Below are positions 1-10,315 of a DNA stretch of 64,000 nucleotides, piece by piece. The notes under the pieces were generated by a model. That model did no database searches, had not been told where the DNA came from, and saw nothing but the letters and a program-made list of their open reading frames with translations. Position numbers and translations under genes: made by a program. Source of the stretch: Candidatus Latescibacterota bacterium (lineage in GTDB: Bacteria; Latescibacterota; UBA2968; GCA-2709665); contig OZ244744.1 in NCBI GenBank assembly GCA_965219455.1, positions 160,001 to 224,000 of the forward strand, written 5' to 3'. Every line of letters begins with the position of its first letter. Within the stretch, counting starts at the first letter, position 1.

Positions 1-55
1 AGCCTCGATCGTGTGTTGCTGTCGAGGCTCCATGGGCAAATTTGACTCTATTTGT

Positions 56-331
56 TCAATTGACAGCGTCCTTAAGCGCCTTGCCTGCTCTAAAACGAAC
101 GGTCCTTCCCGCTGAAATCTGAATACTCTCACCCGTCTGAGGATTTCGACCGGTGCGTGCGGCCCTGGTTCCAACCGAAAACGTCCCGAATCCGGAAATG
201 GCGACACGCTCACCGTTTTTGAGCGAATCGGTGATTTCTTTCAGAACGACACGCAGTGCTGATTCCGCATTCCTTTTTGACAGACCGGCCTGATTTGCAA
301 TCGCATCGACTAGATCGGCCCTGCTCGACAT
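56..331 (-). CDS. hup: DNA-binding protein HU
   Basis: 91 aa; GFGTF and ARTGRNPQTGE signature of the HU/IHF family. Confidence 0.95.
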   Translation of the reverse strand: MSSRADLVDAIANQAGLSKRNAESALRVVLKEITDSLKNGERVAISGFGTFSVGTRAARTGRNPQTGESIQISAGRTVRFRAGKALKDAVN

Positions 332-363
332 GGCAATTCACCCCCTTTCTGGAATTTGCCCTG

Positions 364-393
364 AATATAGGCCCGATTGTGGGAATTTGTCAA
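364..393 (-). promoter_or_regulatory. sigma-70-type promoter of hup
   Basis: Minus strand TTGACA-N18-TATATT about 33 bp upstream of the ATG. Confidence 0.6.
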
Positions 394-664
394 GTGCGCC
401 GATACCCTACGACAAAAAAAGTCGGTTCTTTCTTCGATATAATCGCTCAATTATAGCAACAAGAGGGATTGGAACTGGTTTCTTGCCAGGATTTCCGACA
501 CTGATACCGAAACCGGTCCGCGGGTGGTACCCAAAATTGTGGCAAAAACAACGGCGGAGACCATTTTCGGTCTCCGCCCCGTGGGATCCCCAACCAGAGT
601 CGTCGCGGGCGTGGGGCCAGGATCGAGCAAATGCGGCCCTGGCAATTGGCCGGTCCGGCCTTAT

Positions 665-823
665 CAGTCCGTTGAAAAAGTCGCTCTGCAGGCGAGGCCG
701 AGTCATTGTGGCCGAAGACAAGGCGCGCGACCGCGTCGAATCGGGGATTCGGGGAGGGAGCGCAACGCAGTAATTCGGCCACAAGGGCCGGCCGCAGCCC
801 GGATGGACTTTTTCAACGGGCTG
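665..823. mobile_element. MITE family A, copy 1 (159 bp)
   Basis: TIRs CAGTCCGTTGAAAAAGTC / GACTTTTTCAACGGGCTG; 4-bp direct repeat TTAT at 661-664 and 824-827; further copies at 16701 and 29593. Confidence 0.9.
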
Positions 824-1675
824 TTATGCCGACTCCATGAGCGGCTCGAGTTGCAGCCGGCGACGCGGATGTCGAAGTCGCCGGAGGGCCTTTTCCTTAA
901 TCTGCCGAACCCGTTCCCTGGTGAGGCTGAACCGGGTGCCGATTTCCTCCAATGTCATCGCTTCATCGTCGCCTAACCCGAAATAAAGCCTCAACACTTC
1001 CGCTTCACGCGCATCGAGCGTATCCAGGACCATCCTGACCTGATCCTTGACCGACTCGTCGACCACTTCAAGATCCGGCGCTTTTTGAGAGCTATCCGGC
1101 AGGATATGCAGCAGGCTGTGGTCGTCGTCGTCCTTGAACGATGCATCGAGCGACCATACATCGCGCGCCCTGAGGAGTGTATCCTGCACCATATCCACCG
1201 AAACGCCCAACTTTTCCGCAATCGTCTCAGGATCGGGATCGGACTCTTCCGATTGTCGAATCTCTCGCGACACCTTCGCGATATTGTGCAACAGATCAAT
1301 CCGGTTGATGGGCAACCGCACAACCCGTGAATCCTGCGCGAGGCTCTGATGAATGGCCTGCCGGATCCACCAGACCGCGTAAGAAATGAACTTGAATCCC
1401 CGCGTCCCGTCAAATCGTTCGGCGGCCGTCATCAGACCCATGTTCCCCGCGCTGATAAGATCGGCCAACGGCACGCCATGGTTCTGGTATTCCCTGGCGA
1501 CGCTAACGACAAAACGGAGATTCGAACCAACCAGCCTGTCCCTGGCCCGTTGATCTCCCTTTCGGATCCGGTCCGCGAGTGCAATCTCTGTCTCGGCATT
1601 AAGCGGCTCCGAAGAAGCGATATCCCTGAGATAGAGATCCAGAGATTCGCTATCCTGTATCAATATTCCAGCCAC
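824..1675 (-). CDS. Alternative sigma-70 factor, RpoD/RpoS-like, lacking region 1.1
   Basis: SLDLYLRDI (region 1.2), NLRFVVSVA, GFKFISYAVWWIRQAI (region 2), TLEEIG..TRERVRQIKEKALRRLR (region 4). Confidence 0.92.
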   Translation of the reverse strand: MAGILIQDSESLDLYLRDIASSEPLNAETEIALADRIRKGDQRARDRLVGSNLRFVVSVAREYQNHGVPLADLISAGNMGLMTAAERFDGTRGFKFISYAVWWIRQAIHQSLAQDSRVVRLPINRIDLLHNIAKVSREIRQSEESDPDPETIAEKLGVSVDMVQDTLLRARDVWSLDASFKDDDDHSLLHILPDSSQKAPDLEVVDESVKDQVRMVLDTLDAREAEVLRLYFGLGDDEAMTLEEIGTRFSLTRERVRQIKEKALRRLRHPRRRLQLEPLMESA

Positions 1676-1714
1676 GTGTCCAACCTCCGGAAAAATAATG
1701 TGCGTTGCCCACGT

Positions 1715-2263
1715 TTACGTCGCCGGGACGTGCGCTCTGCACGCCTCCCGCAAAGGCCCGCGCAGGCTCATCTGCCGCAACAGAAGGCGATTCATTTCCT
1801 CGGCCGTACGGGACTTGAGAAAAGTTGCAGTAAAGTCTTCATGGAATAGCCTGCACAAGTAGCCGAGAAGGGGCAGATATCTGATATCGCCCTCCCCCGG
1901 CACCGCCATAAGGCAAATCAGCCGAACCGGCTCCGGATGCGTCTCCGAGTGAAAATCCACACCGTGCGATGAAATGCCCAACGCCATACCCAGATGCGCG
2001 GCAGACCGGCAACGGGCGTGGGGAAACGCGATCCCGTTTCCAGCAACGGTACTCTCCAGGTCTTCTCGGTCCAGAACCGATTGCAAAAAACGCAAGCTGT
2101 CGGTCACATAACCCGCGCCGTGTAACCGGTTCACGAGGGCCTTGATTGCACCCATCCGATCCCGCGGTTTCAGGCTTTCGACCATCGTCTCGGGGTGGAA
2201 ATCAACCACACCGCTCAATTCCGTTTTCCATTCACTTCCGTCGTAGTACTCTGAGAACGCCAT
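1715..2263 (-). CDS. PTS IIA-like (Ntr/Fru type) protein
   Basis: LDREDLESTVAGNGIAFPHAR with the phospho-acceptor His; GVDF motif. Confidence 0.85.
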   Translation of the reverse strand: MAFSEYYDGSEWKTELSGVVDFHPETMVESLKPRDRMGAIKALVNRLHGAGYVTDSLRFLQSVLDREDLESTVAGNGIAFPHARCRSAAHLGMALGISSHGVDFHSETHPEPVRLICLMAVPGEGDIRYLPLLGYLCRLFHEDFTATFLKSRTAEEMNRLLLRQMSLRGPLREACRAHVPAT

Positions 2264-2497
2264 GCCAATATAGCCATTGTTTGAAAATCAGCTCGATCCG
2301 GACATGTGTCTATTTCAAGTGTATCGAAGTGCCTGGATCGAAATTCAGCATATTACCCAATGCAAATTTTGCAGAACCGTCGCTTGTACGGTCACTACCA
2401 GTTCAGTATCTCTCACGTAAAACTCGCTGTAAAACAACCGCTTACGGCAAATCTCAGTGGTTTCATCGAATCCTGCAGTATCGTCTCCCTAAATATA

Positions 2498-2513
2498 AGC
2501 AACTTCAATGCCA
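2498..2513 (-). promoter_or_regulatory. sigma-54 (-24/-12) promoter for the PTS-IIA/sigma operon
   Basis: Minus strand TGGCATTGAAGTTGCT matches TGGCAY-N5-TTGCW. Confidence 0.75.
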
Positions 2514-2611
2514 GTTTTTTACAATAAAACATAAATATATAATATATATAAACTTACGCCCGGAGATTCCAATCGGCGGGCGCATGATCTCCGTTCTCGT
2601 GTTCATGCTGA

Positions 2612-2656
2612 CGCAAAATTTGCATCTAAATTCCGACGCGGCGCGCAAAAATTGCA
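2612..2656. promoter_or_regulatory. Putative enhancer (UAS) pair for a sigma-54 activator
   Basis: CGCAAAATTTGCA (2612-2624) and CGCAAAAATTGCA (2644-2656), 32 bp apart, 100-145 bp upstream of the -24 element, with an AT-rich tract (about 2515-2552) in between. Confidence 0.55.
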
Positions 2657-2696
2657 GAGTGGCTCGGAATGCGCCACCTGCGCGGCCTTCCTGCGC

Positions 2697-4058
2697 TCAG
2701 GAGTTCATGTTGTATTTCTTGATCTTGTAATGCAGCGCCCGCACGCTGATACCCAGCACGCGGGCGGCTTCCTTCCGGTTGGACGTTACGTGCGCCAGCG
2801 TTTTTTCGATCAAGATTCGTTCCATTTCCTCTAAGGACGAATTCAGCGGAATCACAAGATCCTGCGGAACCGGAGCGGACGTTCGGACGCCCGAAGGAAG
2901 GCTTTCGGGGCGAACCTCGGTCTCCAAACACGTTACAACGATACGTTCCACAGTGTTTTTTAATTCTCGGACGTTTCCCGGCCACGCGTAGTCCAGTATC
3001 ATCCGCATCGCATCGGGGGTGAACTGTTTCCTTGACTTGTGGTGGAGCGTGCAGAGCTCATCCAGAAAGGTCTCCACAAGCAGGGGAATATCCTCCTCGC
3101 GGTCCTTCAATAGAGGAAGCCGAATGGGAACGACATTGATCCTGTAATACAGATCTTCCCGGAATCGTCCCTCCCGGACCTCCAACTTGAGGTTTCTATT
3201 GGTTGCAAAAATGATACGCACGTCGGCTTTTCTCGGCAAGTTGCTGCCAACGGGAGTGTATACCTTCTCCTCCAGAACGCGCAGGAGGTCGACCTGATTG
3301 GCCAGTGGAATTTCACCCACTTCATCCAAAAACAACGTTCCGGCCTCCGCAGCGGCAAACCGGCCTGGATTGTCGGCGTGGGCGCCCGTAAACGCACCCT
3401 TGATGTGGCCGAACAACTCGCGTTCGAACAACGTTTCCGGTATTGCTCCGCAATTCACCGCCACCAGGGGACCGTTGCGCCGGCCGCTTCGCTGGTGAAT
3501 TGCCCGGGCGACAAGCTCCTTACCTGTGCCGGTATCGCCCATCACCAGAACGGGCACATCGGTCATTGCGGCCTGCGCAAGCGTGTCGCAGACCTGCTGC
3601 ATGGCGGGACTCCGGTGCACGATCTGTCCGAACGCCTCGGTCGAACCCAACCAGGCCCGAAGTTCCTTGTTCTCGGCAACCAGAGCCTGATGCTCCAGGA
3701 GGTGTCGCAGGGACAGATGCAGCCGCTTGAGATCCACCGGCTTCGCCAGATAATCATACGCACCCATGCGCATGGCATCTACCGCAGTGGATATGTCACC
3801 AAAGGCTGTAATAATGATTACGCCTGTATCGGGGCTGGTTTTTTTCAGCTGCCTCAACAGGGAAATCCCGTCGATTCCAGGCATCTTCAGATCCAGAATG
3901 GCCGCGTGGTAGACCCGCGCGTTCAGATTTTCGGCCGCCTCGACGCCGTCATAGGCCACGTCGACCGAATACCCGACGTTCGTCAACGACTCTTTGAGCC
4001 CTTCACATATGTGGTACTCGTCGTCGGCAACAAAGATCCGTATATCTTTTGTGTTCAT
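2697..4058 (-). CDS. Sigma-54-dependent response regulator (NtrC/AtoC/ZraR family)
   Basis: REC domain (DLKMPGIDG), GDTGTGKE Walker [24 protein letters not shown]-terminal Fis-type HTH. Confidence 0.95.
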   Translation of the reverse strand: MNTKDIRIFVADDEYHICEGLKESLTNVGYSVDVAYDGVEAAENLNARVYHAAILDLKMPGIDGISLLRQLKKTSPDTGVIIITAFGDISTAVDAMRMGAYDYLAKPVDLKRLHLSLRHLLEHQALVAENKELRAWLGSTEAFGQIVHRSPAMQQVCDTLAQAAMTDVPVLVMGDTGTGKELVARAIHQRSGRRNGPLVAVNCGAIPETLFERELFGHIKGAFTGAHADNPGRFAAAEAGTLFLDEVGEIPLANQVDLLRVLEEKVYTPVGSNLPRKADVRIIFATNRNLKLEVREGRFREDLYYRINVVPIRLPLLKDREEDIPLLVETFLDELCTLHHKSRKQFTPDAMRMILDYAWPGNVRELKNTVERIVVTCLETEVRPESLPSGVRTSAPVPQDLVIPLNSSLEEMERILIEKTLAHVTSNRKEAARVLGISVRALHYKIKKYNMNS

Positions 4059-4222
4059 TTCGCTCCGTCAACGGGCGCACCACATCCAGAATGTAGACGC
4101 CTCAACCATCCTGGGGCCAATTCAGGGCCCACGGTATGTGTATTGATTTGATTCCCGCGAGTTCAAGATGAGAAGCGCCGTGGATTTCAGCGAAACGGGA
4201 TTTATCAAGGTGGACGGGGACG

Positions 4223-5314
4223 CTACTCGGAAGGCTCGGCAACCGGCATATGGATCCTGAACACAGTCCCCTTACCCGTTTCGCTCTCCACCTCGATGTG
4301 CCCCCGGTGCTGATAGATGATCTGCTGTGCGATGGAGAGTCCCAGGCCCGTTCCTTCATCACGAGTCGTATAATAGAACTCGAATATCCGATCGATCTCC
4401 TCATCCGGGATCCCACAACCGGTATCCGAAATCGACAGACTAACCTGGCTACCGGCTGAATCCATCCGTGTTCGTGCGCAGAGTTCTCCACCGGATTCCA
4501 TGGCCTGGAACGCGTTAACCGTCATGTTCAGGACGGCCTGGCCCAATTGGCTTTCATCTCCATCGACCGCGGGCAGACATTCAAAAAGATCAAGCATCAG
4601 GCGAATGCCCCGCTCCCGCGCTTCCGGAGAGACCAGGTCAAAGACATTCTGAACGACGCTGTTCAAGCTTATTCGCTGCAGATCCAGCCTTGGCGTTCTG
4701 GAAAACCTCAAAAAATTATGCACTATTCGATCTAGCCGCTTCATTTCCATCTGCGCGATATTGAGCCTGCGATAAACGCGGCCCCGCAATCCCGCTTCGA
4801 CGTCCCTCATGTCGTCTTCCAGAAGTTGCAACTGAATATCCACCGCTCCCAGAGGGTTCCGGACCTCGTGCGCAACGGATGCGGCCAGGCGCCCGAGAGC
4901 GCTCATCTTGGCCACCTGATACGTCTCCCATTCCATTCGTTTCAGGGCAGAGACGTCCTGTACAACCAGAACCACGCCCTGTCCTGAATCGGTCTGCAGA
5001 AACGACGTCGTGGCGCCCAATCGACGCATCCCTCCCTCTTCCTTCTGCAACATAAGATCTTTGGGTACCAAATACAGCTTGCCTCCAAATCCCGCCTCCA
5101 GAATATCCAGCAGATCGGGGCGGCCCGAAAACAGCTCGTCGGCCCCCCGTCCGATCACCCGGCGTCCGGACAGTCCCAGCAGGCGAATCGATGCCCTGTT
5201 GGCCAACACCGCAGACCGATGTCGGTCGAACGCCATAACGCCCTCGTTCAAACCCTCCAGCAGCGCGGCGCTGTATTCCGTTGCAAATTTCGACATGATG
5301 GCTCTCCGGGTCAT
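4223..5314 (-). CDS. PAS-domain sensor histidine kinase (no evident TM segment)
   Basis: AHEVRNPL H-box, N-box NAFQAM, DTGCGI, GTGLGL; N-terminal PAS; start may be 5296. Confidence 0.93.
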   Translation of the reverse strand: MTRRAIMSKFATEYSAALLEGLNEGVMAFDRHRSAVLANRASIRLLGLSGRRVIGRGADELFSGRPDLLDILEAGFGGKLYLVPKDLMLQKEEGGMRRLGATTSFLQTDSGQGVVLVVQDVSALKRMEWETYQVAKMSALGRLAASVAHEVRNPLGAVDIQLQLLEDDMRDVEAGLRGRVYRRLNIAQMEMKRLDRIVHNFLRFSRTPRLDLQRISLNSVVQNVFDLVSPEARERGIRLMLDLFECLPAVDGDESQLGQAVLNMTVNAFQAMESGGELCARTRMDSAGSQVSLSISDTGCGIPDEEIDRIFEFYYTTRDEGTGLGLSIAQQIIYQHRGHIEVESETGKGTVFRIHMPVAEPSE

Positions 5315-5740
5315 CCGTCTAACCTATGCAACCCCTACACAAAAGGCAAGCCCGATCCTCCAGCCGAAATCCGCAACACGCCTGGTTATCGCTCCGGCAC
5401 TACCTGAGGGAAGCCTTCACCCAATCCTGGCACCTTAAACGCACAACATACTTTGCGAGAACGACTTGAAACTTCCTTCGATTTTCGTGAGGCAGACGAG
5501 TGGCCATTGGGTCATCCAAACCTGATCCGGACTTTGATAATTGTTGATTGCGGGGAAGTCCACGCCCGGTACGGCGTTGCCACACGGGGAGCCGCTATGT
5601 CCGGGAGGTCACCAGCCCGCGGAGCACCCGGTCGAACTGCTTATTTCTCAATCACCCCAATAGGTGCGGGAACTTGGGATCGATCCCGTGTTACAATCGG
5701 GTAACATTTTCTCTATCTTCCGGAAAAATAAAGAAAAAGC

Positions 5741-5769
5741 TTGACAACACACACCTCTTGGATTATTGT
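5741..5769 (+). promoter_or_regulatory. sigma-70 promoter of rho
   Basis: TTGACA-N17-TATTGT preceded by an A-rich UP-like tract. Confidence 0.65.
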
Positions 5770-6010
5770 TTCTGTGTAATTCTTCTGCTTCCTTCCCACT
5801 TTTTAGCCGCACTCATACAGATGGCCCCTCGCTTTAGGCAGCCTTAGATACACGAACATCCTCGGTTCACCCCCTTTTGCCCGACAACTACAATTTCATC
5901 CGATCTTCTTTTCCGCCGTTCCCTCCGGCTCCCTGAGTTTCGGCCGGAATCCATGAAAGATTAACTACCTGTATCAATCACTCCGCAACTTTAACAAATT
6001 GGATCCGCCA

Positions 6011-7318
6011 ATGGCAACCGAAACGACCAGAGAATTTCCGAAGACGCCACCCCGAGCAAGTGGTGTGGAAATATTGGAACTCCAGAACATGACCATTTCG
6101 GAACTCGCAAGGTTGGCTCAGGGCCTTGAGATCCAGAGTTATGGAAGCCTGAGAAAACAGGAGCTGATTTTCTCCATCATTCAGGCACAGACCGCGAAAA
6201 ACGGATTGATCCTGGCCAAAGGCGTTCTGGAAATCCTGGAAGACGGCTTCGGCTTCCTCCGATCGCCCAATTACAATTATCTCCCGGGTCCGGACGATAT
6301 CTACGTCTCACATTCGCAGATCAAACGCTTCAATCTTCGTACGGGCGACACCATTTCAGGACAGATTCGCCCACCCAAGAACGACGAGAAGTATTTCGCG
6401 CTCATTCGGGTTGAGGCCGTGAACTTCGAAGATCCGGAACAGTCCAAACAGAAAACCCTCTTCGACAACCTCACCCCGCTGCATCCCCGGCAACGTCTGA
6501 AGCTGGAATACGATTCGAACGACTTTTCAACACGAATCATGAACCTGCTCACCCCCATCGGCAAAGGTCAGCGTGGGATGATAGTAGCGCCTCCCTTTAC
6601 GGGCAAAACCATGTTGCTTCAGAAAATAGCCAACGCAATCACCGAGAACCACCCCGAAATCATTCTCATTGTGCTACTGATAGATGAACGTCCCGAGGAA
6701 GTCACCGACATGCTGAGGTCCGTCAACGGTGAAGTCATCAGTTCCACATTCGACGAACCTCCGGCACGGCATGTACAGGTGGCAGATATGGTCATCGAAA
6801 AAGCCAAGCGCCTGGTGGAACATCAACAGGATGTCGTTATCCTGCTGGACAGTATTACGCGCCTTGCGCGGGCATATAACAACGTCATCCCCCACAGCGG
6901 CCGCATCCTGACCGGCGGTCTTGATTCCAGCGCCATGCAATGGCCCAAACGATTCTTCGGCGCCGCGCGAAACATTGAAGAAGGTGGCAGTCTGACCATC
7001 CTTTCCACAGCCCTTGTCGAAACCGGAAGCCGCATGGACGAGGTCATTTTCGAAGAATTCAAGGGTACCGGTAACATGGAACTGAAACTGGACCGGCGGC
7101 TGAGCAACCGGCGAATCTATCCCGCGATCGACGTAACCCAGTCCGGCACTCGAAAAGAGGAACTGCTGCTCGACGAAAAAGAGCTCAATCGGGTCTGGAT
7201 CCTGCGCCGGTTGCTCAACCAGATGCCTGCTCTGGAAGCCATGGAATTCCTCAAAGAAAAGATGGCGGGGACCAGAAACAACGAGTCCTTTCTGGATTCA
7301 ATGAACAGGCAGTTGTAA
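6011..7318 (+). CDS. rho: Transcription termination factor Rho
   Basis: [42 protein letters not shown]; ATG 6011 preferred over TTG 5999. Confidence 0.98.
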   Translation: MATETTREFPKTPPRASGVEILELQNMTISELARLAQGLEIQSYGSLRKQELIFSIIQAQTAKNGLILAKGVLEILEDGFGFLRSPNYNYLPGPDDIYVSHSQIKRFNLRTGDTISGQIRPPKNDEKYFALIRVEAVNFEDPEQSKQKTLFDNLTPLHPRQRLKLEYDSNDFSTRIMNLLTPIGKGQRGMIVAPPFTGKTMLLQKIANAITENHPEIILIVLLIDERPEEVTDMLRSVNGEVISSTFDEPPARHVQVADMVIEKAKRLVEHQQDVVILLDSITRLARAYNNVIPHSGRILTGGLDSSAMQWPKRFFGAARNIEEGGSLTILSTALVETGSRMDEVIFEEFKGTGNMELKLDRRLSNRRIYPAIDVTQSGTRKEELLLDEKELNRVWILRRLLNQMPALEAMEFLKEKMAGTRNNESFLDSMNRQL

Positions 7319-7489
7319 GAAACCCGAGTATCGGCTTTCAGGAACCGCCAAGCCGGAGGCACGGACGGCGGCGGTTTCCTATCCAGTAGCCGCGTTTGGC
7401 CTTTATGTCCTTGCGCAAGAATTCTGTTTTGTATATATTTCGTGTCCGTGTTTATCGTCGACTCTTCCGCATCTGAGGACCTGTATCAC

Positions 7490-7747
7490 GTGAAACCGAA
7501 AATTCATCCCAATTACGTGGAAACCACCATCACCTGCGCCTGCGGGAATACCCTGACCACGCAGGCGACCGTGCCCGGCCTGCGGGTGGACATCTGCTCC
7601 AAGTGTCATCCATTTTACACGGGCAAGCAGCGCCTGGTGGACACAGCAGGAATGGTGGAACGCTTCCGGCGGCGGTACAAAATAAACGACGAGGAAGCCG
7701 GCGATGTCCCTGAGCCGGCCGGAGCGACGGAAGCCGCCGAAGATTAG
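7490..7747 (+). CDS. rpmE: 50S ribosomal protein L31 (Zn-binding type)
   Basis: [12 protein letters not shown]...[12 protein letters not shown]; GTG start after GAGG. Confidence 0.95.
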   Translation: MKPKIHPNYVETTITCACGNTLTTQATVPGLRVDICSKCHPFYTGKQRLVDTAGMVERFRRRYKINDEEAGDVPEPAGATEAAED

Positions 7748-7777
7748 CCATCCGGACTGTCACAGATAAGGTGAAAC

Positions 7778-7825
7778 GGCATCGCCCGCCTACCGGTGGA
7801 CGTGAGTACCGCTTCGCCTTTTTTG
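7778..7825 (+). terminator. Probable intrinsic terminator after rpmE
   Basis: AAGGTGAAACGG...CCGCTTCGCCTT stem followed by a T tract. Confidence 0.55.
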
Positions 7826-7838
7826 TTGCCTGCCGCTA

Positions 7839-8000
7839 GTGTTCTGTCCCGGAAATAGATTGCCTAAATTCGGCCGCCGAGTCGCCCGGCTGGCAAGGCG
7901 CCTGAGCGAGGCGACCTGCGCAAGGTCGGCGAGCGAGGGGAACGCAGAGAGACGGGATGAATCGGCGGCCGAATGGTGAGATATTTCTGGGACGGGACAC
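7839..8000. mobile_element. MITE family B, full copy (162 bp)
   Basis: TIRs GTGTTCTGTCCCGGAAATA / TATTTCTGGGACGGGACAC; internal nested inverted repeats; shorter copy at 35298. Confidence 0.75.
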
Positions 8001-8167
8001 AAGTATCACCGGGGGACGACGTCCGGGCTATGCGAGGTATCCGGTGCCCCGACCGTTCGTAGAAGCGTTCCTGCAACCTGAGAGGTGCGAATACCGTTTC
8101 ATGTAATGCCATATTAGCAATCTTGACGGGTCAACCATCCCAAGCGCAAACCTGATGAGGGAGTCGC

Positions 8168-9256
8168 ATGTTCGGTCAACTTCAAGACGTGGAAAAGCGT
8201 TTCAATGAGATCCGCGCCGCGATGGCGCGGCCCGAAGTTGCGGCGAACCCCGCCAGGTTCAGAGAACTCACAATGGCGTATCGCGGGCTGGAAGAAATCG
8301 TCAACACGTACCGCGACTATCAACAGATTGCGACGGGCCTCGAGGAAGCCGGAGAGATAATCCGGGATTCCAATGACGCGGAGTTGGTTGAAATCGCCCG
8401 TGAGGAGCAGGTGGAACTCCAGCAGGAGGAAGCCCGACTCGCCGAGAAACTCCGATTCCTGCTGATCCCCAGGGATCCCAACGACAGCAAAAACACAATT
8501 GTGGAGATTCGCGCTGGCGCTGGAGGCGAAGAGGCAGCCCTGTTTGCTGCCGATCTATATAGGATGTATATTCGTTACTCCGAATCCAAAGGGTGGCGGG
8601 CCGAACTGCTCAGCGCCAACCCAACCGGCATCGGTGGATTCAAGGAAGTCATTTTCTCGGTTAGCGGAAGCGATGTCTACGGCAACCTCAAGTACGAAAG
8701 CGGCGTGCACCGCGTTCAGCGCATTCCCGAGACCGAATCCAGTGGGCGCATCCACACGTCCACGTCCACGGTTGCGGTCCTGCCCGAAGCGGAGGAAGTA
8801 GACATCAAAATCAATCCCGAAGAAATTCGGGTCGACGTCTACCGCTCGTCGGGGCCGGGAGGTCAGAGCGTAAATACGACCGATTCGGCCGTTCGGATTA
8901 CCCATCTGCCCACCGGCCTCATCGTACAATGTCAGGACGAGAAGTCCCAGCACAAGAACAAGGCGAAAGCCATGAAGGTCCTCCGTGCCCGGCTTCTGGA
9001 TCGCGCCATCCAGGATCAACGGGAGACAACTTCCCGGCACCGGAAGGCACAGGTGGGCACAGGGGACCGCAGCGCGAAAATTCGCACTTACAATTTCCCC
9101 CAGGGCCGGGTCACCGACCACCGGATCAAACTCACACTTCACAGACTCGAAGAGACGCTTGAGGGCGACCTGGACGACCTCATCAACGCCCTGCGCCTGG
9201 CCGACCATACCGAAAAAATCAAAGACGGCGAACAGAACACCGCCATTTCTGCCTGA
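8168..9256 (+). CDS. prfA: Peptide chain release factor 1
   Basis: PET specificity motif, [30 protein letters not shown]. Confidence 0.98.
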   Translation: MFGQLQDVEKRFNEIRAAMARPEVAANPARFRELTMAYRGLEEIVNTYRDYQQIATGLEEAGEIIRDSNDAELVEIAREEQVELQQEEARLAEKLRFLLIPRDPNDSKNTIVEIRAGAGGEEAALFAADLYRMYIRYSESKGWRAELLSANPTGIGGFKEVIFSVSGSDVYGNLKYESGVHRVQRIPETESSGRIHTSTSTVAVLPEAEEVDIKINPEEIRVDVYRSSGPGGQSVNTTDSAVRITHLPTGLIVQCQDEKSQHKNKAKAMKVLRARLLDRAIQDQRETTSRHRKAQVGTGDRSAKIRTYNFPQGRVTDHRIKLTLHRLEETLEGDLDDLINALRLADHTEKIKDGEQNTAISA

Positions 9257-9291
9257 CGCCAACCTGGTCCGGGGGCTACTACGGGCAATCC

Positions 9292-10167
9292 ATGGCCGAA
9301 CTCTCCACTCCTCCCAGGACGTCCGATGTACTCGTCAAAATGGAGCGTAGTCTGGCGGAGGCCGGTGTACCGGATCCACGTGCCGACGCCGAATGGCTGC
9401 TTGCGTCGGTTCTGAATACCAGCCGCTCCGGCATCTACATAAACGCGCGACGCTCACTCCCACCGGCCCAGTATGACCGACTTCGAGCCCTGGTTCAACA
9501 GCGGTGCAGCCGCGTGCCGCTCCAGCACCTGCTCGGGGAGACCGAATTTTTCTCCCTGCCGTTCTACGTCGGCCCGGATGCACTCATCCCCCGGCCCGAA
9601 ACCGAAATTCTGGTTGAATCGCTCGTCGACCGCCTGGTTACGCATACCGGGCCGCGTGTCCTCGATGTTGGAACCGGGGTCGGTCCGATCGCCGTCGCGC
9701 TTGCGCACGCGTTGCCGAAGAGCCGCCTGATCGCCACCGACCTTTCCCCGAAAGCCCTGCGCCTGGCAGTCCGAAATGCCCGTCGCAACGCCGTTCGGCA
9801 GCGGATAGCCTTCGTCTGCACTGACCTCCTTGCCGCATTTCAATCTCGGGCCGTATTCCACGCGATCGTTTCAAACCCCCCCTACATCGCCTCCGGCGAC
9901 CTGTCGAACCTTCAGCCGGAAGTCCGCGACTTCGACCCCCCGCTCGCACTCAACGGCGGACCGGACGGGCTCACATTCCACCGCTCCATCATCGCGCGGG
10001 CGCCGGCGCACCTCTGTCGGGGCGGTTGGCTTGCCCTGGAAGTGGCCGGCGGCACTGCCCCGGACGTGGTGAATCTGCTGGAAAACTCGTCCGGGTTCGT
10101 GCATGAACGGACTATTCCCGATCTCACGGGTACCGAACGCATTCTGCTCGCCAAGAAGGGGGCATAG
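9292..10167 (+). CDS. prmC: Release factor glutamine methyltransferase
   Basis: LIPRPETE, LDVGTG, SNPPYI; follows prfA. Confidence 0.95.
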   Translation: MAELSTPPRTSDVLVKMERSLAEAGVPDPRADAEWLLASVLNTSRSGIYINARRSLPPAQYDRLRALVQQRCSRVPLQHLLGETEFFSLPFYVGPDALIPRPETEILVESLVDRLVTHTGPRVLDVGTGVGPIAVALAHALPKSRLIATDLSPKALRLAVRNARRNAVRQRIAFVCTDLLAAFQSRAVFHAIVSNPPYIASGDLSNLQPEVRDFDPPLALNGGPDGLTFHRSIIARAPAHLCRGGWLALEVAGGTAPDVVNLLENSSGFVHERTIPDLTGTERILLAKKGA

Positions 10168-10315
10168 TGGACTCTCATCCCTCGAACACATCTCCTTGAC
10201 CCCAAAATATCCGATCGCTATATTAACACACGAAGCCGCGTAAGACCCATTTTCCGGGCCGCAAGTTGGCGGCGATGCGCGTCTCTCCAGCTGCTATTGG
10301 CCTCCAGGAGTTTCC

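Noticed and set aside
330-976. Several overlapping ORFs around MITE copy 1 (also 16530..16875 and 7790..8112)
   Set aside because: They are shadow ORFs of the repeat; the same peptides recur at each copy and have no protein-family motifs.
5515-5560. TPP riboswitch (ACCTGATCCGGA)
   Set aside because: The CTGAGA motif and the downstream CGTAGGGA-type element are missing, and no thiamine gene is adjacent.
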